Source of the DNA: Synergistaceae bacterium
GTDB taxonomy: Bacteria > Synergistota > Synergistia > Synergistales > Aminobacteriaceae
Length of the DNA: 64,000 bases
Assembly (NCBI GenBank): GCA_017451025.1
Contig: JAFSSM010000022.1
Location: forward strand, 5,420-69,419
Direction: 5' to 3'
Shown here: positions 43,712 through 54,563 of the stretch, in pieces
How positions within the stretch are numbered: position 1 is the stretch's first letter
How the letters are laid out: each line of letters opens with the position of its first letter
Notes under the pieces: model-generated
The model's database searches: none
The model's input: the letters and a program-made list of their open reading frames with translations, nothing else
Told to the model about the DNA's origin: nothing
Made by a program: the position numbers and the translations under genes

Positions 43712-44716
43712 TTATCGTATATCATGCAATGACGGATCTGGCACTACCTCTTCGTCGCCTACTCGTCCACGACGCATAAACGCATTCCGTCCGGCCATAG
43801 CTATCATTACTGCGTTGTCCGTACACCTGCTCAACTTCGGCAGCCATACACGAATTTTACCGCAGGTGCTCAATGCCTCCCTTAAGGTACTATTAGCCGA
43901 TACACCCCCTGAAGCACTTATTTGACGAATGCCCGTTTTTTTAGATGCAAGCAAAATTTTGTTTAGAAGTGCTTCCACCACACAACGCTGAAACGATGCA
44001 CACAAATCCTCTATAGGCAATTCTTGCCCTGCTTCCTCCAGCTTCTTCACCTGCCACAGCAACGCCGTCTTCAACCCGCTGAAGCTGAACTCTATTTTGT
44101 CCGTGTTCTTCAGCGGCACAGGAAAATCAAACGCCTTAGCATTCCCATTTTTGGCGAGACGGTCAATCTCCGGACCGCCAGGATATTTCAGTCCAAGAAC
44201 CCTTGCCGCCTTGTCGTATGCCTCGCCTGCGGCATCGTCCCGTGTCTCTCCCAAAAGCTCGTACTTCCCGAACGCATCAACACGAATTATCTCCGTGTGC
44301 CCCCCCGAAACTATTAACGACAAGAACGGCGGCTCCAAATCCTCAGCGTCAACTAGCGGTGCGAATAAATGTCCCTCCAAGTGATTCACTCCGATTAACG
44401 GCACTCCCCACACCTGCGACAATGCCCGCGCAGTCTGCACTCCGACAATCAGCGACCCCATCAGGCCAGGCCCCCGCGTTACCGCTATAAGGTCAAGATC
44501 TTGGCCGCGTATTCCGCATTCCCTCAGGGCAGCATCTACAAGCGGCAGAAGATTCTCCAGGTGCTTGCGGGCCGCAAATTCAGGGATTACCCCCCCAAAT
44601 CGAGAGTGATCCTTTATCTGGCTCGACAAATACTCGCACAGAACTTCACGTTCATCCTTCAGAACTGCTACTCCCGTATCGTCGCAGCTCGTCTCTATCC
44701 CCAGCGTAAACATCAC
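43712..44716 (-). CDS. tsaD: tRNA N6-adenosine threonylcarbamoyltransferase TsaD
   Basis: LGIETSCDDTGVAVL...GVNHLEGH...SGGHTE...GGVSAN. Confidence 0.95.
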   Translation of the reverse strand: MMFTLGIETSCDDTGVAVLKDEREVLCEYLSSQIKDHSRFGGVIPEFAARKHLENLLPLVDAALRECGIRGQDLDLIAVTRGPGLMGSLIVGVQTARALSQVWGVPLIGVNHLEGHLFAPLVDAEDLEPPFLSLIVSGGHTEIIRVDAFGKYELLGETRDDAAGEAYDKAARVLGLKYPGGPEIDRLAKNGNAKAFDFPVPLKNTDKIEFSFSGLKTALLWQVKKLEEAGQELPIEDLCASFQRCVVEALLNKILLASKKTGIRQISASGGVSANSTLREALSTCGKIRVWLPKLSRCTDNAVMIAMAGRNAFMRRGRVGDEEVVPDPSLHDIR

Positions 44717-44901
44717 GAATACGAATTATCCTCCACAAATTCAGGCCAAGCATGATTCACAAAGTCATCGTATGCATCGAACAGCTGAGGTGCCATAATT
44801 TCATCGTTGAAGACAAAACGCTCAAAACCATTCAGCGCAATTTCCCCAAACCACATTTTCGTGTCGCACTCATGGTTATGACGGAAAAGCATACCCATCA
44901 A
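44713..44901 (-). CDS. Hypothetical small protein
   Basis: 62-aa ORF overlapping both neighbours by 4 nt. Confidence 0.4.
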   Translation of the reverse strand: MMGMLFRHNHECDTKMWFGEIALNGFERFVFNDEIMAPQLFDAYDDFVNHAWPEFVEDNSYS

Positions 44902-46007
44902 TCATTCACCCTCCTCCTTAATGTCGCACAAGCCCAGCACGTCATTGACAGACCAGCTCCGGAATCATCGAGCGTCTCCGCAGACTTGAACTTCACGTTG
45001 AACTCAAAGTATCTACGGAAATTTTCGGCTATCTCCTCAAAATACCGGTTCAGCTTCGGAACTTGCGCCTGCACCACCGCGTCAACATACTCTACTTTCC
45101 AGCCTGAAGCATCAGCCATACCCAGAACTACAGCCAGCAGTTCCATGCTGTCCGCTCCCCTGAAGCATTCATCACTCGCCGGAAAAACAGTACCGATGTC
45201 CCGAAGGCCAGCTCCGCCCAAAATTGCGTCCATCACAGCATGAGTCAGAAGGTCAGCGTCAGAATGCCCAAGCAGTCCCAGCGGAGAATCTGCTATCTCA
45301 ACTCCGCCGAGTATTAACCTCCTGTCGGGCACAAGGCGGTGAACATCATACCCCAGTCCCGTGCGCGTCTCTCTCTCAACAAGTGCTCTGGCAATCATCA
45401 TGTCCTCCTTCTGCGTAACCTTGAAGTTCAGCCTTTCGCCCTCAACGTACCTCAAAACATGTCCTGCCTTCTCCCACGCTTCGGCCTCATCTTTTGCCAG
45501 AGGACACGACTTCACCGCGTCAATCAGTTTATCGCGCGGAAAGCATTGCGGGGTCTGCGTGATGTACAGCCCCGAACGGTCAACACAGGTTATGTTTTCG
45601 CCGTCAATTCGCTTGAGGGCATCGCTTACCGGCAGAACCGGGACAGCTCCTGAATTTTCGTCAGTGCTGTCCATGAGTCTGGCGAACAGTTCTTGAGTAG
45701 CGAAGGGACGTGCGGCGTCGTGAACCATAACGTAACCGCACGAGGCAGCGTGTAAGCCGTTCAGGACGGAGATTGCACGTTCCGGGCCGCCGCGAGCGAT
45801 TTTCACGGGGTAAGGTGCGTCAACTTCGCCGTCATAATCCGCAGGAAGAATAAGCACTATTTCGTCTATGCCCGTGCACTTGGCCGCAATGTCTGCGCTC
45901 CATCGCCACAAGGGTTTTTCGCCGAGAGACATGAACTGCTTGCGGACTGAACTGGCCATCCTCGAGCCGCTCCCTCCTGCCGCAATCACGAACGAGAATT
46001 TGCGCAT
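44898..46007 (-). CDS. ispDF: Bifunctional IspD/IspF (MEP cytidylyltransferase / MEcPP synthase)
   Basis: N-terminal AAGGSGSRM... IspD domain. C-terminal GLGYDVHRL...GHSDADLLTHAVMDA IspF domain. Confidence 0.9.
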   Translation of the reverse strand: MRKFSFVIAAGGSGSRMASSVRKQFMSLGEKPLWRWSADIAAKCTGIDEIVLILPADYDGEVDAPYPVKIARGGPERAISVLNGLHAASCGYVMVHDAARPFATQELFARLMDSTDENSGAVPVLPVSDALKRIDGENITCVDRSGLYITQTPQCFPRDKLIDAVKSCPLAKDEAEAWEKAGHVLRYVEGERLNFKVTQKEDMMIARALVERETRTGLGYDVHRLVPDRRLILGGVEIADSPLGLLGHSDADLLTHAVMDAILGGAGLRDIGTVFPASDECFRGADSMELLAVVLGMADASGWKVEYVDAVVQAQVPKLNRYFEEIAENFRRYFEFNVKFKSAETLDDSGAGLSMTCWACATLRRRVND

Positions 46008-46009
46008 AG

Positions 46010-46639
46010 CTACAGCACCTCTCTTCTGGCCTCGAGTGCCTCGTGCAGAGTCATTCTGTCGGCTAAGGCTATATGCCCACCGAACGGAAGCCCGTACGCA
46101 ATCCGCGTAACCTTCTTGACCCCGCTTCTGCCCAGAACATCAAGCAGTGCGTAGTAAGTCATATCTCCCTCAACTTTGGGGTTGGTCGCGATAATCACTT
46201 CTTCTGCGTTGACGCTATTGATGTGTTCGAGCAGGAAATCGATGTTCTCTTCAGTGAGTTCCTGGCCTGAGAGCGGCGAGTCACTGCCTCCAAGAATGTG
46301 GTACAGCCCGTTGTAGACTCCTGCGTCCTCGAAAGTGGAGATTGACTCTATGTCGTCAACAATGCAGATAATTTCCCTGTCCCTCAGCGGGTCAGAACAT
46401 ATACTGCAGGGGTTATGCTCGGAGACATTCCCGCATTCGGAGCAGGTGTACAGCCCCTTCCTCAGGTCAGTAAACAGCGCGCCGAGTTCTGCGAGGTATT
46501 CTTCATCCTTGCGCAGAAGGTAATAGGCGATGCGTCTTGCTCCCTTCGGGCCGATGCCCGGTAATTTCCGCATTGCCGCAACAAGGTTTTCCAGCGATTC
46601 CAAATCGGTTAACCTACATTCCCATTCCCATAGCACCAA
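46010..46639 (-). CDS. recR: Recombination protein RecR (start uncertain; TTG at 46603 plausible)
   Basis: KLPGIGPKGARRIAYYLL, zinc finger CSECGNVSEHNPCSIC, Toprim-type C-terminus. Confidence 0.9.
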   Translation of the reverse strand: MVLWEWECRLTDLESLENLVAAMRKLPGIGPKGARRIAYYLLRKDEEYLAELGALFTDLRKGLYTCSECGNVSEHNPCSICSDPLRDREIICIVDDIESISTFEDAGVYNGLYHILGGSDSPLSGQELTEENIDFLLEHINSVNAEEVIIATNPKVEGDMTYYALLDVLGRSGVKKVTRIAYGLPFGGHIALADRMTLHEALEARREVL

Positions 46640-46925
46640 GTGCTCCGGTTATGCTGCCCATTTTCTGGCTCATGAGTTCGCGGCTCTTTCTCAGGCCCTC
46701 GTTCACAGCAGAAGTTATCAGGTCTTCGAGCATCTCCTTGTCGTCAGGATTAATGACTTCAGGGTCTATTGATATGCTCACCAGATCTCCCTGACCCGTG
46801 AATGTCGCACTGACCATTCCTCCGCCGACGCTGGCTTCTACTGTCTCATTCGCCAGATTCTCCTGAATCTGCATCATCTGCGTCTGCATCTGTCTGGCCT
46901 GCTTCATTATGTTGTTCAGCTTCAT
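46614..46925 (-). CDS. ybaB: Nucleoid-associated protein YbaB/EbfC
   Basis: ATG at 46925. MKLNNIMKQARQMQTQMMQIQENL...VEASVGGGMVSATFTGQGDLVSISIDPEV. Confidence 0.9.
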   Translation of the reverse strand: MKLNNIMKQARQMQTQMMQIQENLANETVEASVGGGMVSATFTGQGDLVSISIDPEVINPDDKEMLEDLITSAVNEGLRKSRELMSQKMGSITGALGAMGMGM

Positions 46926-47013
46926 CGAATTTTTCTCTCCTGTATCTGTTTGGGATGTGTCGATTCTATCACGTATAATTACACGAAAACACAAAGGAGC
47001 AAATTTTCACACT

Positions 47014-47718
47014 ATGCTTGAGATATTCAGAGCTATTCCTGCGGGAGGAACTGTCTTTAACTGCATAACTGTCCTAATCGGAAGCACAATAGGACTCCTC
47101 GCCGGAAAATTCATTCCCGAAAAAATGCAGCAGACCATATTTAACTGTCTTGGCCTGTTCACCCTGTACGTTGGAATTAACATGACACTTGGCACCAAGC
47201 ACTCGATAGCAGTCCTGTTGAGCCTGGTACTCGGGACTTTGACGGGCGAACTTATGGGGATTGAGCGCGGGCTGAACTCGCTGGGCGATGTCCTAAAGTC
47301 GGAGCTGCACATAGGGAGCGAGAAATTCACGCATGGGTTTGTGAGTGCTACGCTGTTGTTCTGTGTGGGGTCAATGGCGATAATCGGGGCATTCAACGAC
47401 GGAGTAAGGCATGACCCAGAATTATTGATGACTAAGGGAGTGATGGACGGGATAGCTGCGTCGATGTTCGCGGGGGCATTCGGGGTCGGTACGGTGTTCT
47501 CGGTGATTCCGATGTTCGTGTATCAGGGAGCATTGACGTTTGCGGCTTCCGGACTTGAGGGAGTGATTACGCCGGATATGTTCGCGAATATTTCCGGAGC
47601 AGGGGGCTTAATGATTCTGGGTATAGGCTTGAACATGCTGAAGATTACGAAGTTGCGTCTTGGGGATATGCTGCCCGGATTGGTGTATGTAGTGTTTTTC
47701 ACGAAGCTGTTTGCATAG
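47014..47718 (+). CDS. DUF554-family membrane protein
   Basis: ATG at 47014 with AAAGGAG SD. GTVFNCITVLIGSTIGLLAG...multi-TM. Confidence 0.7.
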   Translation: MLEIFRAIPAGGTVFNCITVLIGSTIGLLAGKFIPEKMQQTIFNCLGLFTLYVGINMTLGTKHSIAVLLSLVLGTLTGELMGIERGLNSLGDVLKSELHIGSEKFTHGFVSATLLFCVGSMAIIGAFNDGVRHDPELLMTKGVMDGIAASMFAGAFGVGTVFSVIPMFVYQGALTFAASGLEGVITPDMFANISGAGGLMILGIGLNMLKITKLRLGDMLPGLVYVVFFTKLFA

Positions 47719-47729
47719 GAGGAGAGAGA

Positions 47730-48847
47730 ATGAGTATTCGTGGAATCGTCAAGAAAATATTTCCAGAGGAGTACTGGCCGTACCTGCAGATACCCTACAG
47801 AATGTGCTGGGCAGTCAGACGCAAAACGATTAGGGCATTCACTAGCAGGAAAATTATTGCGGAAGCGAAGAAGTACATTCCGTACTATCAGGATGATTTA
47901 TCGCTGGCAATACTGAACGACAGGATAGAGTCTCTCACCAGTCAGGACGAGAATATTTTTATCAGGCGTGCAAAGGCTGAAGGCTGGAAGTTCTCCGAGC
48001 TGTACGGTATTCAGCTCAGCAAATATTCGTGCATAACAATTGTGTGCGGACGCGGCAGGAAAGATGAACAGTACCTGCGCAGTGCACTTGAGCTTCTCGC
48101 CTCGCCGCCGGTGTATAAGTTCATCACACTGAAGGATTTTCTCGGAGGATACAGGCCGGACGATTCGGAACTGCTGGTGTTTTCGGTGAGCGACCTGGAG
48201 TTTATCCGTGCCAGCAAGTACATCGGGCAAAAAGGCATTACCAACGATGTACGGAGGGATTTGCTCGCGATGCGTGAGGAATGCCAGTATGTTGATGTGT
48301 TCAGGCCGGTGCAGGACGAGGTTATTGTCGATGCCGGAGCTTATATAGGAGATACTGCCCTCCGCTTCGTAAATTATACTAGGGGGGGGGGGTACGCAGG
48401 ATATATTCCTTCGAGCCTGACCCCGAAAACGCAGCAAAATATCGCGAGAACCTGAAGGAATTTGCGGACAAAGTTACGCTCATTCAGGCTGGAACTTGGG
48501 ATCACGACGAAACATTGCACATGTCTACCGGCGGAGCAGGAAGCAGGCTTTCAGACGACGGCGGCACTGAAATACAGCTGACCTCGATAGATAAGGCAGT
48601 AGGCAGCGAAAAGGTTACGTTCATCAAGATGGATGTAGAGGGAGCAGAGTTGAGCTCGCTAACCGGTGCGAAAAACACTATCTTGAAAAATCATCCAAGA
48701 CTGGCGATATGCGTATACCATAAAACCGAAGATATTTACACCATTCCGGAATACCTGCTCTCGCTTGTTCCGGAATACAGGTTTTACCTCAGGCACTATT
48801 CCTCCAGTCAAATTGAGACAGTTCTTTACGCAGAAGTCCCGGTATAA
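47730..48847 (+). pseudogene. FkbM-family methyltransferase split by a frameshift at a G11 tract
   Basis: ORF 47730-48455 ends after VDAGAYIGDTALRF...GGG. One added G gives the frame VRRIYSFEPDPENAAKYRENL..., continuous with ORF 48515-48847 (KMDVEGAE). Confidence 0.7.
48382..48392. repeat. G11 homopolymer
   Basis: actaGGGGGGGGGGGtacg, counted directly. Confidence 0.95.
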
Positions 48848-48893
48848 TTAGCGGCATAAATCCATAAATCGCAAAAAGGGTCGTGAAGTATTT

Positions 48894-51128
48894 ATGCCGG
48901 ATATGTATGATGTTACAGGAATGAGCTGTGCAGCTTGTTCTGCCAGAGTTGAGCGCGTAGTCAAAAAACTTGAGGGTGTTACGTCGTGTTCTGTGAGCCT
49001 CCTCACAAACTCAATGAGTGTCGAAGGCACCGCTACACCATCAGCGATTATCGCCGCAGTCGAGAAGGCAGGGTATGGAGCTTCCCTCAGAACTCCGGAA
49101 CCTGGTCCGGCAGTCTCACATGCCCGTGAAGAAGAAGCACTCGCCGACCACGAAACCCCAAAGCTCAAACGCAGACTTATTGCCTCCATTATTTTCCTGC
49201 TAATCCTGATGTATTTTTCGATGGGACACATGCTGAATTTGCCGCTGCCTCAGTTTTTCGTGAATAATCATGTTGCACAGGGTTTAGCACAGCTGCTCCT
49301 GGCCGCAATCATCATGATAATTAACCAGAAGTTTTTTGTGTCAGGCTTCAGCACTCTCCTTCACCTCGCCCCTAACATGGATACGCTCGTTGCTATGGGT
49401 TCGTTCTCGTCGTTCGCCTGGAGCGTCTACGTCCTGTTCATGATGACGAAGCCGCATACTTTCACGACACATGACTTCTATTTCGAGTCAGCAGGAATGA
49501 TTCTCACGCTAATCACCATCGGAAAAATGCTCGAAGCCCGCTCGAAAGGCAGAACTACCGACGCGCTAAAATCCCTCATGAAGTTAGCACCAAAGACAGC
49601 AACAGTAATTCGCAACGGCCAAGAAATTACCGTACCTGTTGAGCAGGTCAGAAGGGGAGATGTTTTCGTGGTGAGGCCCGGCGAAAATATTCCGGTTGAC
49701 GGAATTATCGTCGAGGGTACAAGCGCGGTGAACGAGTCAGCCCTTACCGGAGAGAGCATTCCAGTCGACAAAGCAGCTGGCGATTCGGTCTCGGCGGCGA
49801 CGGTGAATCAATCAGGGTACATCAAGTGCGAGGCAACCCGAGTCGGCCAGGATACAACGTTATCACAGATTATCCGTATGGTCAGTGACGCGGCGGCCAC
49901 TAAAGCCCCGATCGCCGCGATTGCCGACAAAGTTTGCGGAGTGTTCGTGCCGTTCGTGATTGCAGTTGCTGTTGCGGTTGTTGCTGGATGGATTATTGCG
50001 GGAAAACCTTTCGGCGAAGCACTGTCTTACGGAATAGCCGTGCTCGTGATTTCATGTCCTTGTGCGCTTGGCCTTGCTACACCCGTTGCAGTGATGGTCG
50101 GTAATGGAGTCGGAGCGAAGAACGGAATACTCTTCAAGACTGCGGCATCGCTTGAGCAGGCCGGGAAAATTCAGATAGCGGCCCTCGACAAGACAGGGAC
50201 GATAACCAGCGGCGAACCTAAAGTTACGGACGTAATTACGGTAGGTGATGTGATGGAGGACGAGCTTCTGGGATATGCGTATTCCCTCGAGGCAAAGAGT
50301 GAGCACCCGCTTGCAAGGGCAATAGTGAATTACGCGAAGGAAAACGAGATTTCGGCCAAGAGCGTCAATGACTTCAAGGCACTTCCCGGAAACGGACTGA
50401 CAGCTTCACTAGCGAACGGTTCACAGCTTGTTGGCGGAAGTGTCAAGTTCATGGGTGAGAAGCTGAAAGTGGAAGAGAGATTTACGGCAAAAGCTCAGGC
50501 ACTCGCGGAATCCGGAAAGACACCGCTAATGTTTGCGCGCGACGACGAACTTTTGGGGATAATAGCTGTTGCGGACACGATAAAGCCCGACAGCAGGCAA
50601 GCGGTTAGGGAATTACAGGGATTAGGGGTTAGGGTAGTGATGCTGACGGGGGACAACGAGCGCACTGCACGGGCAATCGGCCAAGAAGCAGGAGTTGACG
50701 ACGTAATCGCCGGAGTACTCCCTGACGGAAAGGAAGCGGCAGTCCGGGAACTTCAGGCTTCAGGAAGTGTTGCGATGGTCGGCGACGGGATAAACGATGC
50801 TCCGGCATTGACCCGTGCTGACGTGGGAATAGCTATCGGTGCAGGAACGGACATAGCAATTGATGCGGCGGACGTTGTGCTGATGAAGAGCAGTCTTGCG
50901 GATGTACCTGCGGCGGTCCGGCTGAGCCGGGCAACTATGCGCAACATCAAGCAGAATCTCTTCTGGGCGTTTGTGTACAACGTGATTGGTATTCCGTTGG
51001 CGGCGGGACTGTGGGGTCTGAAACTTGATCCGATGTTCGGTGCGGCGGCAATGAGCCTGTCGAGTTTCTGCGTAGTAACTAATGCATTGAGGCTTAATCT
51101 CGTGAACATAAGGGGCGAAAAATCATGA
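48894..51128 (+). CDS. copA: Copper-translocating P-type ATPase
   Basis: HMA domain [12 protein letters not shown]. Motifs CPC ([11 protein letters not shown]), DKTGT and GDGINDAP. Confidence 0.95.
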   Translation: MPDMYDVTGMSCAACSARVERVVKKLEGVTSCSVSLLTNSMSVEGTATPSAIIAAVEKAGYGASLRTPEPGPAVSHAREEEALADHETPKLKRRLIASIIFLLILMYFSMGHMLNLPLPQFFVNNHVAQGLAQLLLAAIIMIINQKFFVSGFSTLLHLAPNMDTLVAMGSFSSFAWSVYVLFMMTKPHTFTTHDFYFESAGMILTLITIGKMLEARSKGRTTDALKSLMKLAPKTATVIRNGQEITVPVEQVRRGDVFVVRPGENIPVDGIIVEGTSAVNESALTGESIPVDKAAGDSVSAATVNQSGYIKCEATRVGQDTTLSQIIRMVSDAAATKAPIAAIADKVCGVFVPFVIAVAVAVVAGWIIAGKPFGEALSYGIAVLVISCPCALGLATPVAVMVGNGVGAKNGILFKTAASLEQAGKIQIAALDKTGTITSGEPKVTDVITVGDVMEDELLGYAYSLEAKSEHPLARAIVNYAKENEISAKSVNDFKALPGNGLTASLANGSQLVGGSVKFMGEKLKVEERFTAKAQALAESGKTPLMFARDDELLGIIAVADTIKPDSRQAVRELQGLGVRVVMLTGDNERTARAIGQEAGVDDVIAGVLPDGKEAAVRELQASGSVAMVGDGINDAPALTRADVGIAIGAGTDIAIDAADVVLMKSSLADVPAAVRLSRATMRNIKQNLFWAFVYNVIGIPLAAGLWGLKLDPMFGAAAMSLSSFCVVTNALRLNLVNIRGEKS

Positions 51129-51535
51129 AGAGGGTAATTCTGTGCGTGATGATGCTGGCGTGGAGTTCGCTGGCATGTGCGGATATTCAGGAGTTCCGGT
51201 ATTTTTCGCTGGATGTGCCTGATGGGTGGACGGCGACGGAAGACGGAGCAGTAGTAACCGTAACTGATGACGCGAAGATTAGTTCTTTGGCGATAACTGC
51301 GGACAGTCCTGAGGGCAGGAGCATCGAGGAGCTGGCAGTGCTGTTTTCGCGTGAACTGAATGGCAGTGATCCGGAGAAGGACGAGGACGGAGCATATACG
51401 TTCGAGTTTGACGGAGGGGACAGCCAGGCGGTGATAGACGGAGATGAAGACCTGTACTTGATGATAATCGGGAAGGGTATTGAGAAGAACGGTGAAGTGA
51501 TGGCGGAGATATTGGGCTCGCTGGAGATGAAGTGA
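51125..51535 (+). CDS. Secreted/lipoprotein-like hypothetical protein
   Basis: Signal peptide [23 protein letters not shown] overlap with copA. Confidence 0.5.
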   Translation: MKRVILCVMMLAWSSLACADIQEFRYFSLDVPDGWTATEDGAVVTVTDDAKISSLAITADSPEGRSIEELAVLFSRELNGSDPEKDEDGAYTFEFDGGDSQAVIDGDEDLYLMIIGKGIEKNGEVMAEILGSLEMK

Positions 51536-51613
51536 GAGCTGTGTTCCAATACTTGAAGGGTTAGCTTTATGTGTGATAGACTCTCGAAATAAATAAAAAT
51601 CAGGAGAAAGGTG

Positions 51614-51642
51614 TAGACAGAACAGATGAAAATGTGTATAAT
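51614..51642 (+). promoter_or_regulatory. Sigma70-type promoter TAGACA-17 nt-TATAAT
   Basis: TAGACA at 51614-51619, 17-nt spacer, TATAAT at 51637-51642. The predicted start falls inside the heptamer repeat. Confidence 0.5.
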
Positions 51643-51675
51643 CACGCATCACGCATCACGCATCACGCATCACGC
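51641..51675. repeat. Heptanucleotide tract (ATCACGC)5
   Basis: Five perfect tandem copies read directly. The first copy overlaps the -10 hexamer by 2 nt. Confidence 0.95.
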
Positions 51676-51780
51676 CCCTAGTCTGCCCGTAAACCCAGAC
51701 AGATACTTAGATTCTAACATGTCCTGCAGGAAAAATCTTGCGGGACATTTTGTGTATCTGCCTTCTGTGAGGTACGGGTC

Positions 51781-52638
51781 ATGCTGAGACGGGTTAAGAC
51801 TTCCCTCAAGAAATATCTGCTCAACAGATGGGGAATTGAGCACGCAAAATCTTGTGAGGTTATTACTTCGCCGGAGTATTACGATGAACTTCAAAGGCTG
51901 CTGGTTCTCCAAAAAGCAGAGGGCTATGAACTTGTCAGGACAGGCAGAGAACATGACGGCGGATATATCCTGCTGAATGACTTTCAGCCCGGAGGAATAG
52001 CATACTCTTTCGGGATATGCAACGATGTATCGTGGGATAAGGAGATGGCCTCGCGCGGCTATGACGTGTTCATGTACGACCACACAATAGACCGTCTTCC
52101 GGAGGAGAACCCCGGATTTCACTGGTCAAAGCTCGGAATAGCAGACGGCCTGACCCAAGACGATAACCTACGGACTCTCGACGAACTCATCAGGAAAAAT
52201 CACCACGAAAACGAGTCGAACATGATCCTCAAGATGGACGTTGAAGGAGCAGAGTGGGGATGCTTTGATATGGCAAGCTCCGAAACTCTCGCTAAATTTT
52301 CGCAGATAAGCCTGGAATTTCACGAAATCCCCAGTCATTCACGGCCTGAACAGGTGCTAAATGTTTTCAGGAAGCTAAACATGACTCACCAGCTGATTCA
52401 CATTCACGCAAACAACAACGGCAGCTACGTTTCGTTCTGCGGAAAAAAATTCTGCAGTCTGTTCGAGATGTCCTATGTGCTTCGCGGAAAATATGAGTTG
52501 TCGTCCGATTATGACCCTGTCTTGCCGTTAAGCATAGACTCGACGAATATTAGCAGCATCCCCGAAATAGAACTTGGCCGCTGGAATGAACATGCAGATA
52601 TAGGCAGCCGAATAACAGTCCACGCGAAAATATGGTAG
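51781..52638 (+). CDS. FkbM-like methyltransferase-fold protein
   Basis: GIAYSFGICNDVSWD...ILKMDVEGAEWGCF... resembles the FkbM family. Confidence 0.55.
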   Translation: MLRRVKTSLKKYLLNRWGIEHAKSCEVITSPEYYDELQRLLVLQKAEGYELVRTGREHDGGYILLNDFQPGGIAYSFGICNDVSWDKEMASRGYDVFMYDHTIDRLPEENPGFHWSKLGIADGLTQDDNLRTLDELIRKNHHENESNMILKMDVEGAEWGCFDMASSETLAKFSQISLEFHEIPSHSRPEQVLNVFRKLNMTHQLIHIHANNNGSYVSFCGKKFCSLFEMSYVLRGKYELSSDYDPVLPLSIDSTNISSIPEIELGRWNEHADIGSRITVHAKIW

Positions 52639-52644
52639 ATTGAG

Positions 52645-52679
52645 ACCTCCCTTAATCATAAAGGGAGGTTTGCTTTTTG
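52645..52679 (+). terminator. Rho-independent terminator
   Basis: ACCTCCCTT-aatcata-AAGGGAGGT followed by TTGCTTTTTGT. Confidence 0.8.
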
Positions 52680-52799
52680 TGATATACTTACCCTACACCA
52701 AAACAAAATTTACTCGTTCGTCTATCGCTAAAGGTGTCCCGTATTAATCGGGATTGCGGGCGAACGCATATATCAACCTTTAGGAGGTATTTATTCTTT

Positions 52800-53615
52800 A
52801 TGGCAGTAGCAAGTATGAAGCAGTTGCTCGAATGCGGAGTCCACTTCGGACATCAGACCCGCCGCTGGAACCCCAAAATGAAGCCCTACATTTTCACCGA
52901 ACGCAACGGTGTCTACATCATTGACCTTCAGAAGACCGTCAAGGGCCTCGACCGTGCTTACGACTTCATCCGTGAGACAGCAGCAGCAGGCGGACACATC
53001 CTCTTCGTCGGCACAAAACGCCAGGCCCAAGAGACCATCCGCGACGAAGCAACAAGGTGCGGCCAGTTCTACATCAATCAGCGCTGGCTCGGCGGCCTCA
53101 TGACCAACTTCCCGACAATCAGACGCAGAATTTCCAGAATGCTCGAACTCAGAAAGTACGACGAAGAAGGCACATGGGAAGAGTTCTCCAAAAAAGAAGT
53201 TGCCATGATCAAGAAGGAACAGCTCAAGCTGGAGAAATATCTGGGCGGCATCGCCAACATGACAACTCCTCCCGATGCAATTTTCCTGATTGACCCGCGC
53301 CGCGAAGAAAACGCAATCGCTGAGGCACGCAGGCTTCACATTCCGGTTGTCTCAATCGTAGACACAAACTGCGACCCCGAAATGATCGATTACCCCATTC
53401 CCGGCAACGATGACGCAATCCGCGCAATCAAGCTCATCACCGGCCTCATGGCCAATGCCGTAATTGAGGGCAGGCAGGGCGAAGACGCAGTGATTATCCC
53501 CGTGCAGGAACTTGGAGCCGTCGACGTAATGAGCGACGAGGAACGCATGGCAGAGCGCGAGAGATTGCACGAGGAATACGAGGGCAACATTGACGACGAA
53601 GGGATGGAGGCATAA
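52800..53615 (+). CDS. rpsB: 30S ribosomal protein S2
   Basis: ATG at 52800 with [30 protein letters not shown]. Confidence 0.95.
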   Translation: MAVASMKQLLECGVHFGHQTRRWNPKMKPYIFTERNGVYIIDLQKTVKGLDRAYDFIRETAAAGGHILFVGTKRQAQETIRDEATRCGQFYINQRWLGGLMTNFPTIRRRISRMLELRKYDEEGTWEEFSKKEVAMIKKEQLKLEKYLGGIANMTTPPDAIFLIDPRREENAIAEARRLHIPVVSIVDTNCDPEMIDYPIPGNDDAIRAIKLITGLMANAVIEGRQGEDAVIIPVQELGAVDVMSDEERMAERERLHEEYEGNIDDEGMEA

Positions 53616-53618
53616 CTG

Positions 53619-54491
53619 ATGGCAGAAATTACAGCCGCAAAGGTGAAAGAACTCCGCGAGCGCACCGGCTCGGGAATGATGGATTGCAAAAAAGCTCTTG
53701 CCGAAACCGGCGGAGATATGGAGAAAGCAATAGACTACCTGCGCGAAAAAGGACTCGCTAAGGCCGCAAAGAAGGCAGAGCGCACAGCCGCAGACGGCCG
53801 CGTGTTCCACGTGGTCAGCCCCGACGGAAAGCTCGGCGTAATGGTCGAGATCAACAGCGAGACGGACTTTGTGGCCAAGACCGACGAGTTCAACGATCTT
53901 GGCGCGAAAATCGTAGCCCAGCTCACCGCAAAAAGCTATGCCGATGTTCCTGCACTGCTTGAGAGCGTCCACGAGTCCGGAAGCTCAATTAATGAGCTTG
54001 TTACCTCGATAATCGCGAAACTCGGCGAAAACATCGTCCTCAAGAGATTTGCACGTTTCGACGCAGAGAACGGAAAGGCTTTCTGCTACATTCACAGCAA
54101 CTACAAGGTCGGAGCACTCGCAGAGCTTGACGCGGCAGATAAGGCAGCAACCGCCAAGCCGGAGTTTGAGGAGCTCGGGCACGAAATCTGCATGCAGATA
54201 GCCGCCGCCGCACCGCAGTACCTTGTTCCTGAAGATGTACCTGCTGACGTAATCGACAGGGAGAAGGAAGTTTACCGCACCCAGCTCATCGAGGAAGGCA
54301 AGCCCGCCGATAAGGTGGACAAGATAATTCCGGGCAAGCTCAGAAAGTTCTACGAGACGGTGTGCCTGATGGAGCAGGAGTACATCAGGGATGGCGACAA
54401 GAGGATAAAGCAGCTGTTAGATGAGGCAGGGAAGAAGCTCGGCACGAAGATTACGGTCAGAAGGTTTGAGCGTTTCGCAATAGGCGAGTAA
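53619..54491 (+). CDS. tsf: Elongation factor Ts
   Basis: ITAAKVKELRERTGSGMMDCKKAL. Confidence 0.95.
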   Translation: MAEITAAKVKELRERTGSGMMDCKKALAETGGDMEKAIDYLREKGLAKAAKKAERTAADGRVFHVVSPDGKLGVMVEINSETDFVAKTDEFNDLGAKIVAQLTAKSYADVPALLESVHESGSSINELVTSIIAKLGENIVLKRFARFDAENGKAFCYIHSNYKVGALAELDAADKAATAKPEFEELGHEICMQIAAAAPQYLVPEDVPADVIDREKEVYRTQLIEEGKPADKVDKIIPGKLRKFYETVCLMEQEYIRDGDKRIKQLLDEAGKKLGTKITVRRFERFAIGE

Positions 54492-54502
54492 CAGGAAAAA
54501 AG

Positions 54503-54547
54503 TATCCCCAGTGTGAATGAACAGTTTGCGCTGGGGATATTGTCTTA
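54503..54547 (+). terminator. Hairpin after tsf (weak terminator candidate)
   Basis: TATCCCCAG-19 nt-CTGGGGATA followed by TTGTCTT. Confidence 0.35.
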
Positions 54548-54563
54548 AATGGAGGCTTGCAGG

